This document shows, one piece after another, positions 1 to 9,354 of a stretch of DNA of 64,000 bases. Location: the NCBI GenBank assembly GCA_050246755.1, contig JBFWVL010000001.1, positions 896,001-960,000 of the forward strand. Reading direction: 5' to 3'. A program made the translations under genes and the position numbers. The first letter of the stretch is position 1. Each line of letters opens with the position of its first letter. The notes below the pieces were generated by a model. It made no database searches. It saw only the letters and a program-made list of their open reading frames with translations, and was not told the origin of the DNA. Origin of the DNA: Bacteriovoracia bacterium. GTDB taxonomy: Bacteria > Bdellovibrionota > UBA1018 > CAIPTA01.

Positions 1-1
1 T

Positions 2-586
2 GAGCGGAGTAGAAGGATCCCAGCCGGCGAGCTCGAGGATGGCGGCCGCAAGGCTCTCTTTAAGCGGAGCCGCCGCCCCTGGATCGCGGTAGCCACGCTC
101 GTGCAGAGAAGGACCGGTCGCGTCCATATTCAGGGTACAAACGCCGTCGCGCACGTAGAGCACTACGCTGATGTCCGGGTTCTCTACATCCACATTCGGG
201 CGGTCGCCCGTTTTTTCCCGCAAGCGATCCACGATCGCATCTTTGGCTTTTAATTTCGCGTACTGGGAATGAGAAAGGGCCGGGGACTTCTGCCCGCTCA
301 GGGTGCAGTCCACCGCGAAGGTGAGATTTCCCTTCAGAAAAGTTTCCCACTTAAATTTTTTCACGTTCTCGTAGAGCTCTTCGGGGTCACGGCAAGGAAA
401 AGAACGGAGCGGCAGAAGGATTCGGTTACCAGTGCGGAGCTCGAGGTGAGCGCGGTATAGTGTGTCCTGATCGCCAGTGAAAAAAACTCCGCCCGGTTGC
501 TCTTCCGTGGTGGCACCAATGCGTTTCAGCTCTTCGGCGGTAACCGCCTCTACGCCGCGGGCGCAGGTAACAAAATATTTCGACAC
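2..586 (-). CDS. rlmL: THUMP-domain RNA methyltransferase, RlmL-like; runs off the window edge
   Basis: Absent from the ORF track; translated by hand from GTG 586: VSKYFVTCARGVEAVTAEELKRIG...LYRAHLELRTGNRIL...KDAIVDRLREKTGDRPNVDVENPD...GPSLHERGYR...APLKESLAAAIL. These are RlmL-family motifs (LHxRGYR, APLKExLAAA). Confidence 0.85.
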   Translation of the reverse strand, partial: MSKYFVTCARGVEAVTAEELKRIGATTEEQPGGVFFTGDQDTLYRAHLELRTGNRILLPLRSFPCRDPEELYENVKKFKWETFLKGNLTFAVDCTLSGQKSPALSHSQYAKLKAKDAIVDRLREKTGDRPNVDVENPDISVVLYVRDGVCTLNMDATGPSLHERGYRDPGAAAPLKESLAAAILELAGWDPSTPL

Positions 587-602
587 GGGAACCTTCCTTA
601 CA

Positions 603-3248
603 CTACTTTTCCGAAAGCGCGATCACTTCCGCCCGCAACTGATCGGCGATCTTGCGGTTGCTTTCCGGGCCGGGGGTGAGGTGGGCAAACGAAATGGGCT
701 TGCCATAACGTACGCGCAGCTTTCCGGGCCTAGGGAAGTTCGATCCTTTTGGCATGATCCGGTAGGCGCCGTCAATAAAGACGGGTACCGCCATGGCATT
801 TGGATGCCCAGCCAGGAGGCGCCCCACCCCTGTCTTAAAGTCCTGGATATTACCCGTGGGAGAGCGAGTGCCTTCCGGGAAAATCACCAGGGAACCACCT
901 TCCTCGAGCGCGTAAAGACAAAGGCGCATGCTTTCGTCCACCCGGGCCTTTCGGTCGAAGGGCAAGGCATTCACCATGATCCGGGACCCAAGGGCGATCC
1001 ACCAACTGCTGAAGAAATAATCTTTGGCAGCCACGGCATAGGTGCGGTGGAGCATGGAGAGGGGCGAGGAAGTCGCGATCGCGATCATGTCGGCGTGGCT
1101 CGAATGATTTGGCGTAAAAACAAAAGGCCCGCCGCTTTTGAGGTGCTCCAGGCCTTCCACTTCCAAGCCGTGACGGATCCGGAACATCGCGCGGAAAAGA
1201 AAATTGATGATCCGGCGAGGGATGCGCCACGAAAGCTTTCCGTTCTCGGAGGGCACGAACTCCGAAAAGAGCACGCTTTTGCGTTTGCCGCTTTTCTTCT
1301 TGAGGGCTTCAGCCTCCTCGATCACCTGCACGAGATCCTGCACCACGTGGATGGTGGCGAAATCGACGCCCTCGAGCTGAATGTCGAACTTGCGCTCGAG
1401 CTGGCTCACGAGCTCCACGAAAGTAAGGCTATCCAGCCCGATATCTTTCATCAGCGAATGATTCGGGCGAATCGAGGCCGGATCCATTTTATTGATGCCG
1501 TTGATTCCGTCGGCGATGGCGCGCTCGATTTGATTATTTAAGTTTAATCCGTGCGCGGAAGATCCAGCACTGAGCCGTTCCACGGCCCTTGCCTCATCGC
1601 GCTCGAGCAAGATCTTCTTCACTTCGTGCTTCTTGATTTTACGCGTGCTGGTCTTGGGTAATTCGTCGAAAAGTATTTCCACCCGCTGCGGCCACTTGTA
1701 TTCGGAAAGACTGCGCACCACTTCCGTTACTTTTTCCGTGGCTAAGCCGCGGATCTCGTCCGTGGATTTTCCCAAAAACTTCACCCGGTCGGGAACGGCA
1801 GCGAGGGTAACTTTCTCGTTCCCGCCGCTATCGGGCATGCCAAGCACAGCCACTTCGAGAAATAGTCCGGTCTCCAGCACTAGGCTCTCGATTTCTTCGG
1901 GATAAACATTCTTGCCGGCGCCGGTGACGATGAGGTCTTTCTTCCGCCCGGTGATGCGGAGGATTCCTTCGGAGTCCAAAGTACCGAGGTCTCCGGTGCG
2001 GAACCAGCCGTTCTGAAAAGCGTCTTTATTGTGGGCTGGATCGAGATAGCCCGCGAACACATTCGGCCCTTTCGCCCAAATCTCTCCCTCAATCTCCGCC
2101 GGCAGCTTCATTCCTTCCGGGCTAAAAATCCCTATCTCTACGCCCGGCAACGCCCGGCCCACGTGATCCGGCCCGGCCGTATGTGGGCTGGTGAGGGCAA
2201 GCACCGGTGCGGTTTCGGTGAGCCCATACCCTTGGAGCACGCAGATCCCGATGCCACGGTAAAAATCAAATACGGAAGGCTGAAGGCGGGATCCCCCGGC
2301 CACGAAAAACCGGATTTTACCGCCGAGCGCGCGGTGAATCGGAAAAAAAAGCAAGCGACCCAGGCGGGGCATTGCGTGGGTAATTTCCGCGAAGTGTTTG
2401 AAAATTTCGGGCAGCGGCGGCGGTAGCGCATCGAGTTTGTTCTGCAGATTACGCGCAATCACTTCGAAAAGAAGGGGGACGCCGATCACGATCGTGGCCC
2501 TCGAATCCCGCAAGGCCCGCAACAAGTCTTCCGGCTTCAGCGTTTTTATATAAGTGACCGTGGCGCCCACTAAGCTTGGGATCACAAAACCGCCGGTGAA
2601 CTCGAGCATATGGGAAAGCGGCAATACGCTCACCACGCGATCTTTCCCGCTGGCCGCAATAGTTTTACGCACGCCCTCGGCGTTGGCCAAAATATTTCCG
2701 TGCGTGATCGGCACACCCTTGGGCTGGCCGGTGGTGCCGCTGGTATAAATCAAAACCGCCACGGATTCGGGCCGAACGGCATGATTGATCTCATCCGGGG
2801 CCTGGCTTCCAATCCAGGAATTTAGGGGGTTTTCCGTTTGCAGGTCCCAAACCAAAAATTTTGGAAATTCTGCTCTTAGCATTTCCTCGGTAGCCTTAGC
2901 CGGAATAATTCGCGAAGAAAGAATAGAGAATTTCGGCGCCGCGGAGCGAATAGTATTTAAAATTTCCACCGGGCTTGCGATCGCAGCCACCGGCACCAGC
3001 ACGGCCCCGAGATTGAAAACCGCGAGCGCCGCGATCCCCCACTCCGGGCCATTTTCCGAAACCAATACTACCCGATCGTTTTCAGCCACGCCTTGGGCGC
3101 GCAAATAAGCAGAAAATTTAAGTGCTTGCTCGCGCAGTTCCTTCCAGCCCACCGCGCGGTAACCTCCGGATTCCTTTTGCAAGCGAAACGCCGGGGCGTT
3201 CCCCCGAGTGGAGCAGAGGCCGAAGATTGTGGCGTGGAGATTAACCAT
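603..3248 (-). CDS. Acyl-AMP synthetase / acyl carrier protein / PlsC-type acyltransferase fusion
   Basis: AMP-binding motifs YTSGTTGQPKG, GYGLTE, TGDLG, GRKKD; carrier motif DIGLDSL; acyltransferase motifs NHSSHAD and FPEGTRS. Confidence 0.9.
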   Translation of the reverse strand: MVNLHATIFGLCSTRGNAPAFRLQKESGGYRAVGWKELREQALKFSAYLRAQGVAENDRVVLVSENGPEWGIAALAVFNLGAVLVPVAAIASPVEILNTIRSAAPKFSILSSRIIPAKATEEMLRAEFPKFLVWDLQTENPLNSWIGSQAPDEINHAVRPESVAVLIYTSGTTGQPKGVPITHGNILANAEGVRKTIAASGKDRVVSVLPLSHMLEFTGGFVIPSLVGATVTYIKTLKPEDLLRALRDSRATIVIGVPLLFEVIARNLQNKLDALPPPLPEIFKHFAEITHAMPRLGRLLFFPIHRALGGKIRFFVAGGSRLQPSVFDFYRGIGICVLQGYGLTETAPVLALTSPHTAGPDHVGRALPGVEIGIFSPEGMKLPAEIEGEIWAKGPNVFAGYLDPAHNKDAFQNGWFRTGDLGTLDSEGILRITGRKKDLIVTGAGKNVYPEEIESLVLETGLFLEVAVLGMPDSGGNEKVTLAAVPDRVKFLGKSTDEIRGLATEKVTEVVRSLSEYKWPQRVEILFDELPKTSTRKIKKHEVKKILLERDEARAVERLSAGSSAHGLNLNNQIERAIADGINGINKMDPASIRPNHSLMKDIGLDSLTFVELVSQLERKFDIQLEGVDFATIHVVQDLVQVIEEAEALKKKSGKRKSVLFSEFVPSENGKLSWRIPRRIINFLFRAMFRIRHGLEVEGLEHLKSGGPFVFTPNHSSHADMIAIATSSPLSMLHRTYAVAAKDYFFSSWWIALGSRIMVNALPFDRKARVDESMRLCLYALEEGGSLVIFPEGTRSPTGNIQDFKTGVGRLLAGHPNAMAVPVFIDGAYRIMPKGSNFPRPGKLRVRYGKPISFAHLTPGPESNRKIADQLRAEVIALSEK

Positions 3249-3256
3249 CAGCGGAA

Positions 3257-3271
3257 ATTTTAGGCTAAACT
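3257..3271. promoter_or_regulatory. Back-to-back -10-like hexamers of a divergent promoter
   Basis: TAAAAT on - (3257-3262) is 8 nt before ATG 3248; TAAACT on + (3266-3271) is 8 nt before ATG 3280; no Shine-Dalgarno on either side. Confidence 0.55.
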
Positions 3272-3279
3272 AAGAACGA

Positions 3280-4086
3280 ATGGAAACCCTCTCTTTTACC
3301 GAAAGCTTACACTCTAGGAGTAACCGCCTATTCCTCCAGCTGCGCACAGCATTGAAATTCCGCCGCAGTGGCTACCGTGAGAGCGGATCCGAAGATTTGG
3401 CCCTTAGCCCCGAGGCGGGGGTACTGGAATCTAGGTACGGGATGGGTGAGTTTTTTACGAAACTACACTCGAATAATTACCTAAAAAATCTCTCCACTTT
3501 ATCTTGGCTAGAAAACCTCCAGCCCTTCCTCGGCGAACTGCCAGAGCAAATGGAGATACTAGAAACCGGGGCCCATGATTTTTCCCGGCTTCCGGCCATC
3601 CGGAATTTTTTTACACTCAATAACTTTTCGCCCGCGATCACCGGCCTCGAGCTCGACCCGTTTCCGATTCTCACGGACCTGCATTCCCGGGCCGACAAAG
3701 CCGACTACTATATTTCGCTCACGAAAAATCCTGGCGACAAATTCCTTGCCGGAGACTTTTTCAAATCCGCTCTTCAGGCGGATTGTATCCTTTCTTTTTA
3801 CCCATTTGTTTCGGCCAACCCAGCCTTAGCTTGGGGCCTACCCGCCGAATTCGGCAGCGCCGAGAAATGGCTCGAAGGATTTTCCCGTACGCTGAAACCC
3901 GGAGGACTCTTGCTCGTGGTGCACCAGGGCGAATGGGAAGAGAAGGAATTCGATGAGGCTCGCAAAAATTTCCCTCTGGAGCTTCTCGCCAGAACCGAAG
4001 CAAATTCAGCAATCCTTACTTTACCTCACCCGCCTTGCCTAAGCGTCTACCGGCGTACACGGATTCCGGAAAATCTTTCTTCCTGA
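3280..4086 (+). CDS. Hypothetical protein, probable class I SAM-dependent methyltransferase fold
   Basis: ILETGA motif-I-like segment, GLELD, AGDFF, and LKPGGLLLV. Confidence 0.6.
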   Translation: METLSFTESLHSRSNRLFLQLRTALKFRRSGYRESGSEDLALSPEAGVLESRYGMGEFFTKLHSNNYLKNLSTLSWLENLQPFLGELPEQMEILETGAHDFSRLPAIRNFFTLNNFSPAITGLELDPFPILTDLHSRADKADYYISLTKNPGDKFLAGDFFKSALQADCILSFYPFVSANPALAWGLPAEFGSAEKWLEGFSRTLKPGGLLLVVHQGEWEEKEFDEARKNFPLELLARTEANSAILTLPHPPCLSVYRRTRIPENLSS

Positions 4087-4137
4087 ACCAATCGCCCTAC
4101 AATAAAGAGAACCCAAATCTTACTTCAAGGATGAAGC

Positions 4138-5328
4138 ATGACGATTCTCTCGGTTCTTCTCGCCCTATTTTCCACCCAAGCCTACGCCGCCAACGGAATC
4201 ATCGCCGAGCTTAAGCTCCTCGATCAGGTGGGTGCCGTAACTTTCGCGCGCGAAGAATCAATCGGGCTCGGTTACGCCTCGGTGACTGACGAACAACAAG
4301 AGAAACTTTCCGCGCTCATGCACGCCGACGGAAAATGCGGAGGCTTTGAGTCCGTGGAATTTCCTGCTAGCAATATCGCCGGCTCCGCAAAACGCGAATT
4401 GCAATCGCTAAGCTTCAAGGTGGCCGGAGAAGCACGCCGCGCGAAGTTCCTGATGAGCAATTTTTCTCTCGGCGCCAATCCCGCGCTCACGGCCGCCACC
4501 GAGGAACTGCGTGCCGAAAATATTCGCGCCACCGTGGCTTGGCTCTCCGCTTTCCCAAATCGCTATAATCGCGACCCTAAGGCCAATGCAGCCATCGATG
4601 CCATGGCCGAGCGCATTCGCGGCGTGCTTGCCAATTCACCGATCTCTTGGACTCTCGACCAAATCTCCCACCGCTCTACCACGCAGAAAAGCATCCGTGT
4701 GCGCTTCCCCGGAAAATCGCGCCCCTCGGAAATCATCGTAGTGGGCGGTCACCTCGATTCCATCAGCTCCGGCAACCTCGCTCCCGGCGCCGACGACAAC
4801 GCCTCGGGTTCCGCCTCTATCCTCGAAGCCCTGCGCGTATTCATCACCCAGGGCCAGCCCGAGCGCACCGTGGAATTCTTCTGGTACGCGGGCGAAGAAT
4901 CGGGTTTGCTCGGCTCTTCCGAAATCGCGCAGCAGTATAAGCGGGAAAGCAAAGACGTGGTGGCCGCACTTCAGCTCGACATGACGATGTTCCCCGGCGC
5001 CGGAAAATTCGTGATCATGAATACCACGGACTTCACCAGCGCCTGGCTACAGAACTATCTGAAGCTGATGAACGAAACCTACCTAAAAGTACAGATCGTG
5101 GATGAAGTATGCGGATACGCCTGCAGCGACCACGCGTCTTGGTACCGTCAAGGCTACCCATCGGTATTCCCATTCGAAGCCCCCTTCGACCGCTACAATA
5201 ACAATATTCATACCCCGCGCGACGTGATCGGACCCAATTCGGATTTCGAGCATTCGCTGGTATTCGCCAAGATCGCGCTACTCTTCGCGATGGACCTGGG
5301 TAACTCTACCGCGCGCCAGCCTAATTAA
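4138..5328 (+). CDS. Secreted M28 leucyl aminopeptidase with propeptide
   Basis: Signal peptide; GGHLDS, APGADDNASG, GEESGLLGS, QLDMT, CGYACSDHASW zinc-ligand motifs. Confidence 0.92.
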   Translation: MTILSVLLALFSTQAYAANGIIAELKLLDQVGAVTFAREESIGLGYASVTDEQQEKLSALMHADGKCGGFESVEFPASNIAGSAKRELQSLSFKVAGEARRAKFLMSNFSLGANPALTAATEELRAENIRATVAWLSAFPNRYNRDPKANAAIDAMAERIRGVLANSPISWTLDQISHRSTTQKSIRVRFPGKSRPSEIIVVGGHLDSISSGNLAPGADDNASGSASILEALRVFITQGQPERTVEFFWYAGEESGLLGSSEIAQQYKRESKDVVAALQLDMTMFPGAGKFVIMNTTDFTSAWLQNYLKLMNETYLKVQIVDEVCGYACSDHASWYRQGYPSVFPFEAPFDRYNNNIHTPRDVIGPNSDFEHSLVFAKIALLFAMDLGNSTARQPN

Positions 5329-5331
5329 AAT

Positions 5332-6096
5332 TTACTGGCGGCGCGGATCGTTCGCGGGAATGCCGTTTACGGGAGCCACCACCGACAGAGAATCGGCCGG
5401 GTAGGTATAGAACTGGCGAAACTGGGTAAACTCCACCGTCACGTTCTTCGTAGCCAAATTAACTCCCGCCACCACGGCGTCGAGCTGGAGATTCTGATTT
5501 TGCTTCACGCGGTCGCCTACGCAGATTTTCACCACGCAGCCGCGCGCGTAGGTGAGGTCGTCGCGGTTATAGGTATTAAGATTGGGCATGTTATCGAACT
5601 GCACCGTTACCTTTTTGGTCCTCGGATTCGCGGCGATCACCGTGCCTCCGCTCGGGCGGTAGTTGGCGTGAAACGCACGCACCTTTTCTTCCTGAAGCAC
5701 GGAGCGGGTAAGATTGGCGGAATCATAGGTGAAGAAATTGCTCATCGAATCGAAACGCAGGGTGATTTTGTCCGTGACTGCATTGGTGCCGACGACGGTG
5801 CCGAGCGCCACGCCGAATCCGATATGCGCTACGCGATCGCCCACGCAAAAAGCGCCGCTGCAACCTTCCGCAAAGGTGAGCGTTTCTTTTTGTACGTTAT
5901 AGAGGCTTGGAAAATTTACGAGGCGAACCGTAACGAGCCCGGCCTGGGCATTCGTTGCCATCACCGTTCCGGGGTATACATTTTGGTAGGTGTAAAAAAT
6001 TTGCTGCCCAACTTGGATGGGATTATTGGCCGGCTCAACCGCGGCGAACGCCGAAATGGTCAGTAACCCGAAAATGAAAAATGCCGAAAACTTCAT
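5332..6096 (-). CDS. Secreted protein with four ~55-aa SH3/KOW-like beta repeats
   Basis: ATG 6096 after GGGAGA; signal peptide MKFSAFF...AFA; repeated VG[D/Q]xV...GTV..N....VT[V/L]xF...Y units. Confidence 0.75.
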   Translation of the reverse strand: MKFSAFFIFGLLTISAFAAVEPANNPIQVGQQIFYTYQNVYPGTVMATNAQAGLVTVRLVNFPSLYNVQKETLTFAEGCSGAFCVGDRVAHIGFGVALGTVVGTNAVTDKITLRFDSMSNFFTYDSANLTRSVLQEEKVRAFHANYRPSGGTVIAANPRTKKVTVQFDNMPNLNTYNRDDLTYARGCVVKICVGDRVKQNQNLQLDAVVAGVNLATKNVTVEFTQFRQFYTYPADSLSVVAPVNGIPANDPRRQ

Positions 6097-6241
6097 AGAT
6101 TCTCCCAAAGTTCCGGGAACTTATTAAAAATGATGCATTAAGTCAAACGTGATTTTCCTCTTTGTCCTTATATGCCGTTCTGCCCTTTTGCTTTTCTACT
6201 CCTGCCCCTTTGCCCCCGCTTTTGCTAAGATCCCGTTACTT

Positions 6242-7996
6242 ATGGATAAAGAACTCGCCGAACTAGTCGCCACCCCGAAACTTTCCCCCCTCGAAACAAT
6301 GCGCCATTCCTGCGCGCACGTGATGGCCCACGCGATCACTCGTCTCTATCCGGGATCCCAGTTCGGCGTAGGCCCGCATATCGAAAACGGCTTTTACTAC
6401 GACGTTCTTTTCCCCGAGCCCGTTACCGAAGAAATCTTGCCCAAGATCGAAGCCGAAATGCGCAAGGTGATCAAGGAAGGCAATTCCTTCAAGCGCTCGG
6501 AGCTGACTCCCGAAGAAGCTTCGAAATATTTCGCCGAGAAGGGCCAGCACTTCAAAGTGGAGCTGATCCGCGATTTGAAATTGAAGTCCGTGAGCCTCTA
6601 CGAAGAAGGCAAATTCACCGACATGTGCCAAGGCCCCCACGTGGCCAATACCAAGGACATCAAAGCTTTCAAGCTCACTCACGTAGCGGGCGCTTATTGG
6701 CGCGGGAACGAAAAGAACCCGATGCTTACTCGCATCTATGGCCTGGCGTTCAATACCCAGCAAGAGATCGACGATTATTTGAAGATGATGGAAGAAGCCA
6801 AGAAGCGCGACCATCGCAAGCTCGGCAAAGAGCTCGATCTCTTCAGTTTCCACAAAGAAGCGGCCGCGATGCCGTTTTTTCACCCCAAGGGAACGATCGT
6901 TTATAACCAGCTCGTAAACTTCATGCGCAAGCTCTACGTAAAGTACGGCTACCAAGAAGTGATCACGCCGCAAATTCTCGATGTGGAGCTCTGGCATACC
7001 TCCGGACACTACGACAATTACAAAGAGGCGATGTATTTCTCCGAGCAGGACGATAAGCCGGTGGCCATGAAGCCCATGAATTGCCCTTGCCACATGCTCA
7101 TCTTCGGCACCACTCAGCACTCCTACAAAGAGCTTCCGCTCCGCTTGGCCGATTTCGGCCGTCTTCACCGCTACGAGCGCTCGGGCGTGACGGCCGGCCT
7201 CACCCGCGTACGCTCTTTTTGCCAAGACGATGCCCATATCTTCGTGGCCGAAGAGCAAATCGGCGAAGAAGTGACGAAAGTGATCGCGATGATCCGCGAG
7301 GTATACGAAGTGATGGGCCTCTCGGAACCTCTCGTTTATCTTTCTACTCGCCCGGAAAAGCGCCTCGGCTCCGACGAGCTTTGGGATAAAGCCGAAGCCG
7401 CCCTCGAGAATGCCATCAAGGTGAACGGAATGAATTTCGTGGTGAACGCCGGTGACGGTGCTTTCTACGGCCCGAAAATCGATTTCAACGTGAAAGACGC
7501 AATCGGCCGCTACCACCAGCTCTCTACCATCCAGCTGGACTATCAGTTGCCCGCACGCTTCAAGCTCGAGTACGTAACGCCAGACAACGGCCGCGCCATG
7601 CCGGTGGTGATCCACCGCGCGGTGCTCGGTTCACTCGAGCGCTTCATCGGTGTGTTCATCGAACATACCGCCGGCGCCCTGCCGTTCTGGGCGGCTCCTA
7701 TTCAAGCGCGCTTCGTGCCGATCAATGATTCGCACGTGCCGTTCTGCAAAGCGGCCGCGGAGAAAATGAAGGCCCTCGGTTTGCGTGTGGACGTGGATGA
7801 TTCCAACGGCTCCATGGGCGCCAAAACCCGCGAAGCCCAGACGCAGAAGATTCCCTTCATGCTCGCGGTGGGCGACAGGGAATTGGCAGCCAACTCTTTC
7901 AGCGTGCGCAAATACGGCGAGAAAACTTCGGCTACCCTCTCGGAAGCCGACGCAATTGCGCAGTTTATGGCACTGAACGAGCCGCTGAAAAAGTAG
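6242..7996 (+). CDS. thrS: Threonine--tRNA ligase, short form without an N-terminal TGS domain
   Basis: RHSCAH, DMCQGPH, GAYWRG, RDHRKLG, KPMNCPCH, GAFYGPKID, IHRAVLGSLERF. Start taken as ATG 6242 rather than the upstream GTG. Confidence 0.97.
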   Translation: MDKELAELVATPKLSPLETMRHSCAHVMAHAITRLYPGSQFGVGPHIENGFYYDVLFPEPVTEEILPKIEAEMRKVIKEGNSFKRSELTPEEASKYFAEKGQHFKVELIRDLKLKSVSLYEEGKFTDMCQGPHVANTKDIKAFKLTHVAGAYWRGNEKNPMLTRIYGLAFNTQQEIDDYLKMMEEAKKRDHRKLGKELDLFSFHKEAAAMPFFHPKGTIVYNQLVNFMRKLYVKYGYQEVITPQILDVELWHTSGHYDNYKEAMYFSEQDDKPVAMKPMNCPCHMLIFGTTQHSYKELPLRLADFGRLHRYERSGVTAGLTRVRSFCQDDAHIFVAEEQIGEEVTKVIAMIREVYEVMGLSEPLVYLSTRPEKRLGSDELWDKAEAALENAIKVNGMNFVVNAGDGAFYGPKIDFNVKDAIGRYHQLSTIQLDYQLPARFKLEYVTPDNGRAMPVVIHRAVLGSLERFIGVFIEHTAGALPFWAAPIQARFVPINDSHVPFCKAAAEKMKALGLRVDVDDSNGSMGAKTREAQTQKIPFMLAVGDRELAANSFSVRKYGEKTSATLSEADAIAQFMALNEPLKK

Positions 7997-7999
7997 ACG

Positions 8000-8422
8000 C
8001 TACGCCAGCCAGCTATCGCGGAGGTATTTGCCGATCACCGCGATGATTCCACCGAGAAAAGTTCCCCAGGCCATATCGACGAAAGCCAGGGTAAGCGGCC
8101 AGTGATTTAGGGTGGCATGATTGGTCATATCATAGATGCCGTAAACGGTGAGACCATAGAGAGCTCCCCAGATAAAGGCCAACGACCAAGAATCTCCCGC
8201 CAGCACTTTTGGCAGCACGAACACGGTGATACCAAACGCCAGGATCACGTACACCGCAATGGCCGCCCACAGAACCACGTCGAACTTTCCGTCCGCGGTG
8301 ATCCGGCCCACGGGACCGAACTGTTGCACGTAGAATTTCTGCGCGATCAGCCCGATCCAAAGAAAATCCACGATGGCCAGTGAAACCAACACGGCGAAAA
8401 AAAGTTTAAGCTGCGTAACCAT
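8000..8422 (-). CDS. DUF2177-family membrane protein
   Basis: DFLWIG, YGIYDMTN and DMAWGT motifs; about four hydrophobic segments; GAGG SD and a perfect TATAAT upstream. Confidence 0.85.
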   Translation of the reverse strand: MVTQLKLFFAVLVSLAIVDFLWIGLIAQKFYVQQFGPVGRITADGKFDVVLWAAIAVYVILAFGITVFVLPKVLAGDSWSLAFIWGALYGLTVYGIYDMTNHATLNHWPLTLAFVDMAWGTFLGGIIAVIGKYLRDSWLA

Positions 8423-8653
8423 AGTCACCTCTTGCCTAATTATAGCGGGAAAGCATCACTTGGATATACCGTGAGACAAGCTGACCAAGCTCCCCAAGCC
8501 AACAACAATAAATCTCATTTATGTTAAAAAATTGCGCGCCGCGTTTGTCTTTTTGACTTTCTTTTGGTGTCAGAACGATCCCGATCTACTTAGAAATACG
8601 CGAACCGAATTGATCCACAAATTGAAGATTACAGGCTTTTTTCGGGTGATAAC

Positions 8654-8670
8654 TAGGCACATTGATTGCT
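8654..8670 (+). promoter_or_regulatory. sigma54 (-24/-12) promoter
   Basis: TAGGCACATTGATTGCT with GG 8656-57, N10, GC 8668-69; candidate activator palindrome TGAC-N11-GTCA at 8554-8572. Confidence 0.7.
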
Positions 8671-8717
8671 CCGGGGTGAGCTGATAGCCCTCTACAAAGA
8701 AATGGAGAACCTACGAA

Positions 8718-9197
8718 ATGAAAAAAATTATCCTTAGCTTGATGGTATTGGCAGCGACCGCGTTCACGCTCAATTCTGCTTACGCTCAAGAACTCACCCT
8801 CGACTCGATCGCCGATGCGATCCTACGCGGCCCCGGAAATGGTGGCGGACACGGTGGAGGCCGCGGCCCTGGTCATGGACCTGGTGGTCCCGGTCATGGC
8901 AACCCTGGGCACGGCGGTCCTGGCCACGGAAACCCTGGACATGGTGGACCCGGTTACCCTGGGAACCCCGGTTATCCCGGAAATCCTGGCTACCGCAACG
9001 TGATCCTGAGCTGCAACAGTGGCGGCTATCGCTTCCAACGTTGCGCAATTCGCGGCGCCCGCATCTACCGCGCAGAACTCTACCGCCAAAACTCGAGCGC
9101 AGCTTGCGTGCGAGGCCGCACTTGGGGTTTCGACTCCCGTTCGGTATGGGTAGATCGCGGCTGTAAAGCCGATATCATCGCCACGATCGGCCGCTAG
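8718..9197 (+). CDS. Secreted DUF3011-domain protein with a Gly/His/Pro-rich linker
   Basis: Signal peptide; C-terminal CNSGGYRFQRC...RQNSSAACVRGRTWGF....VWVDRGC pattern; GGAG SD. Confidence 0.85.
   Translation: MKKIILSLMVLAATAFTLNSAYAQELTLDSIADAILRGPGNGGGHGGGRGPGHGPGGPGHGNPGHGGPGHGNPGHGGPGYPGNPGYPGNPGYRNVILSCNSGGYRFQRCAIRGARIYRAELYRQNSSAACVRGRTWGFDSRSVWVDRGCKADIIATIGR
8829..8993 (+). repeat. Coding low-complexity repeat (GHGNP/GHGGP)n followed by (GYPGNP)n
   Basis: Visible in the translation; codons differ between units. Confidence 0.85.
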
Positions 9198-9220
9198 TAG
9201 CGCTTCGTTGAACTAACCGG

Positions 9221-9256
9221 AGGCCACTTTCCACAAGGGAAGTGGCCTTTTTATTT
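9221..9256 (+). terminator. Intrinsic terminator
   Basis: AGGCCACTTTCC-acaa-GGGAAGTGGCCT followed by TTTTATTT. Confidence 0.85.
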
Positions 9257-9354
9257 ATACACTACCTGCTACCGAGGATTTTCGACAATCCCCTCTCCCT
9301 CGGCTATCCTAATAGCTAGGCCCAAGACGGGCCGAGGAGCTACGGCCTTCCAGG

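Noticed and set aside
60-460. Short ORF-track calls at the window start, and likewise those at 63002-63836
   Set aside because: Alternative frames of the edge-truncated rlmL-like and 2OG-Fe(II) oxygenase genes.
6263-7615. 450-aa ORF antisense to thrS
   Set aside because: Same codon-shadow effect; similar ORFs lie opposite nusA, nadB, thiolase, htrA and the acyl synthetase.
8430-8717. tRNA or riboswitch in the larger intergenic gaps (also 12114-12437, 36090-36327, 39252-39485)
   Set aside because: No cloverleaf, T-loop or recognisable aptamer by eye; promoter elements explain the gaps. An Rfam scan would be decisive.
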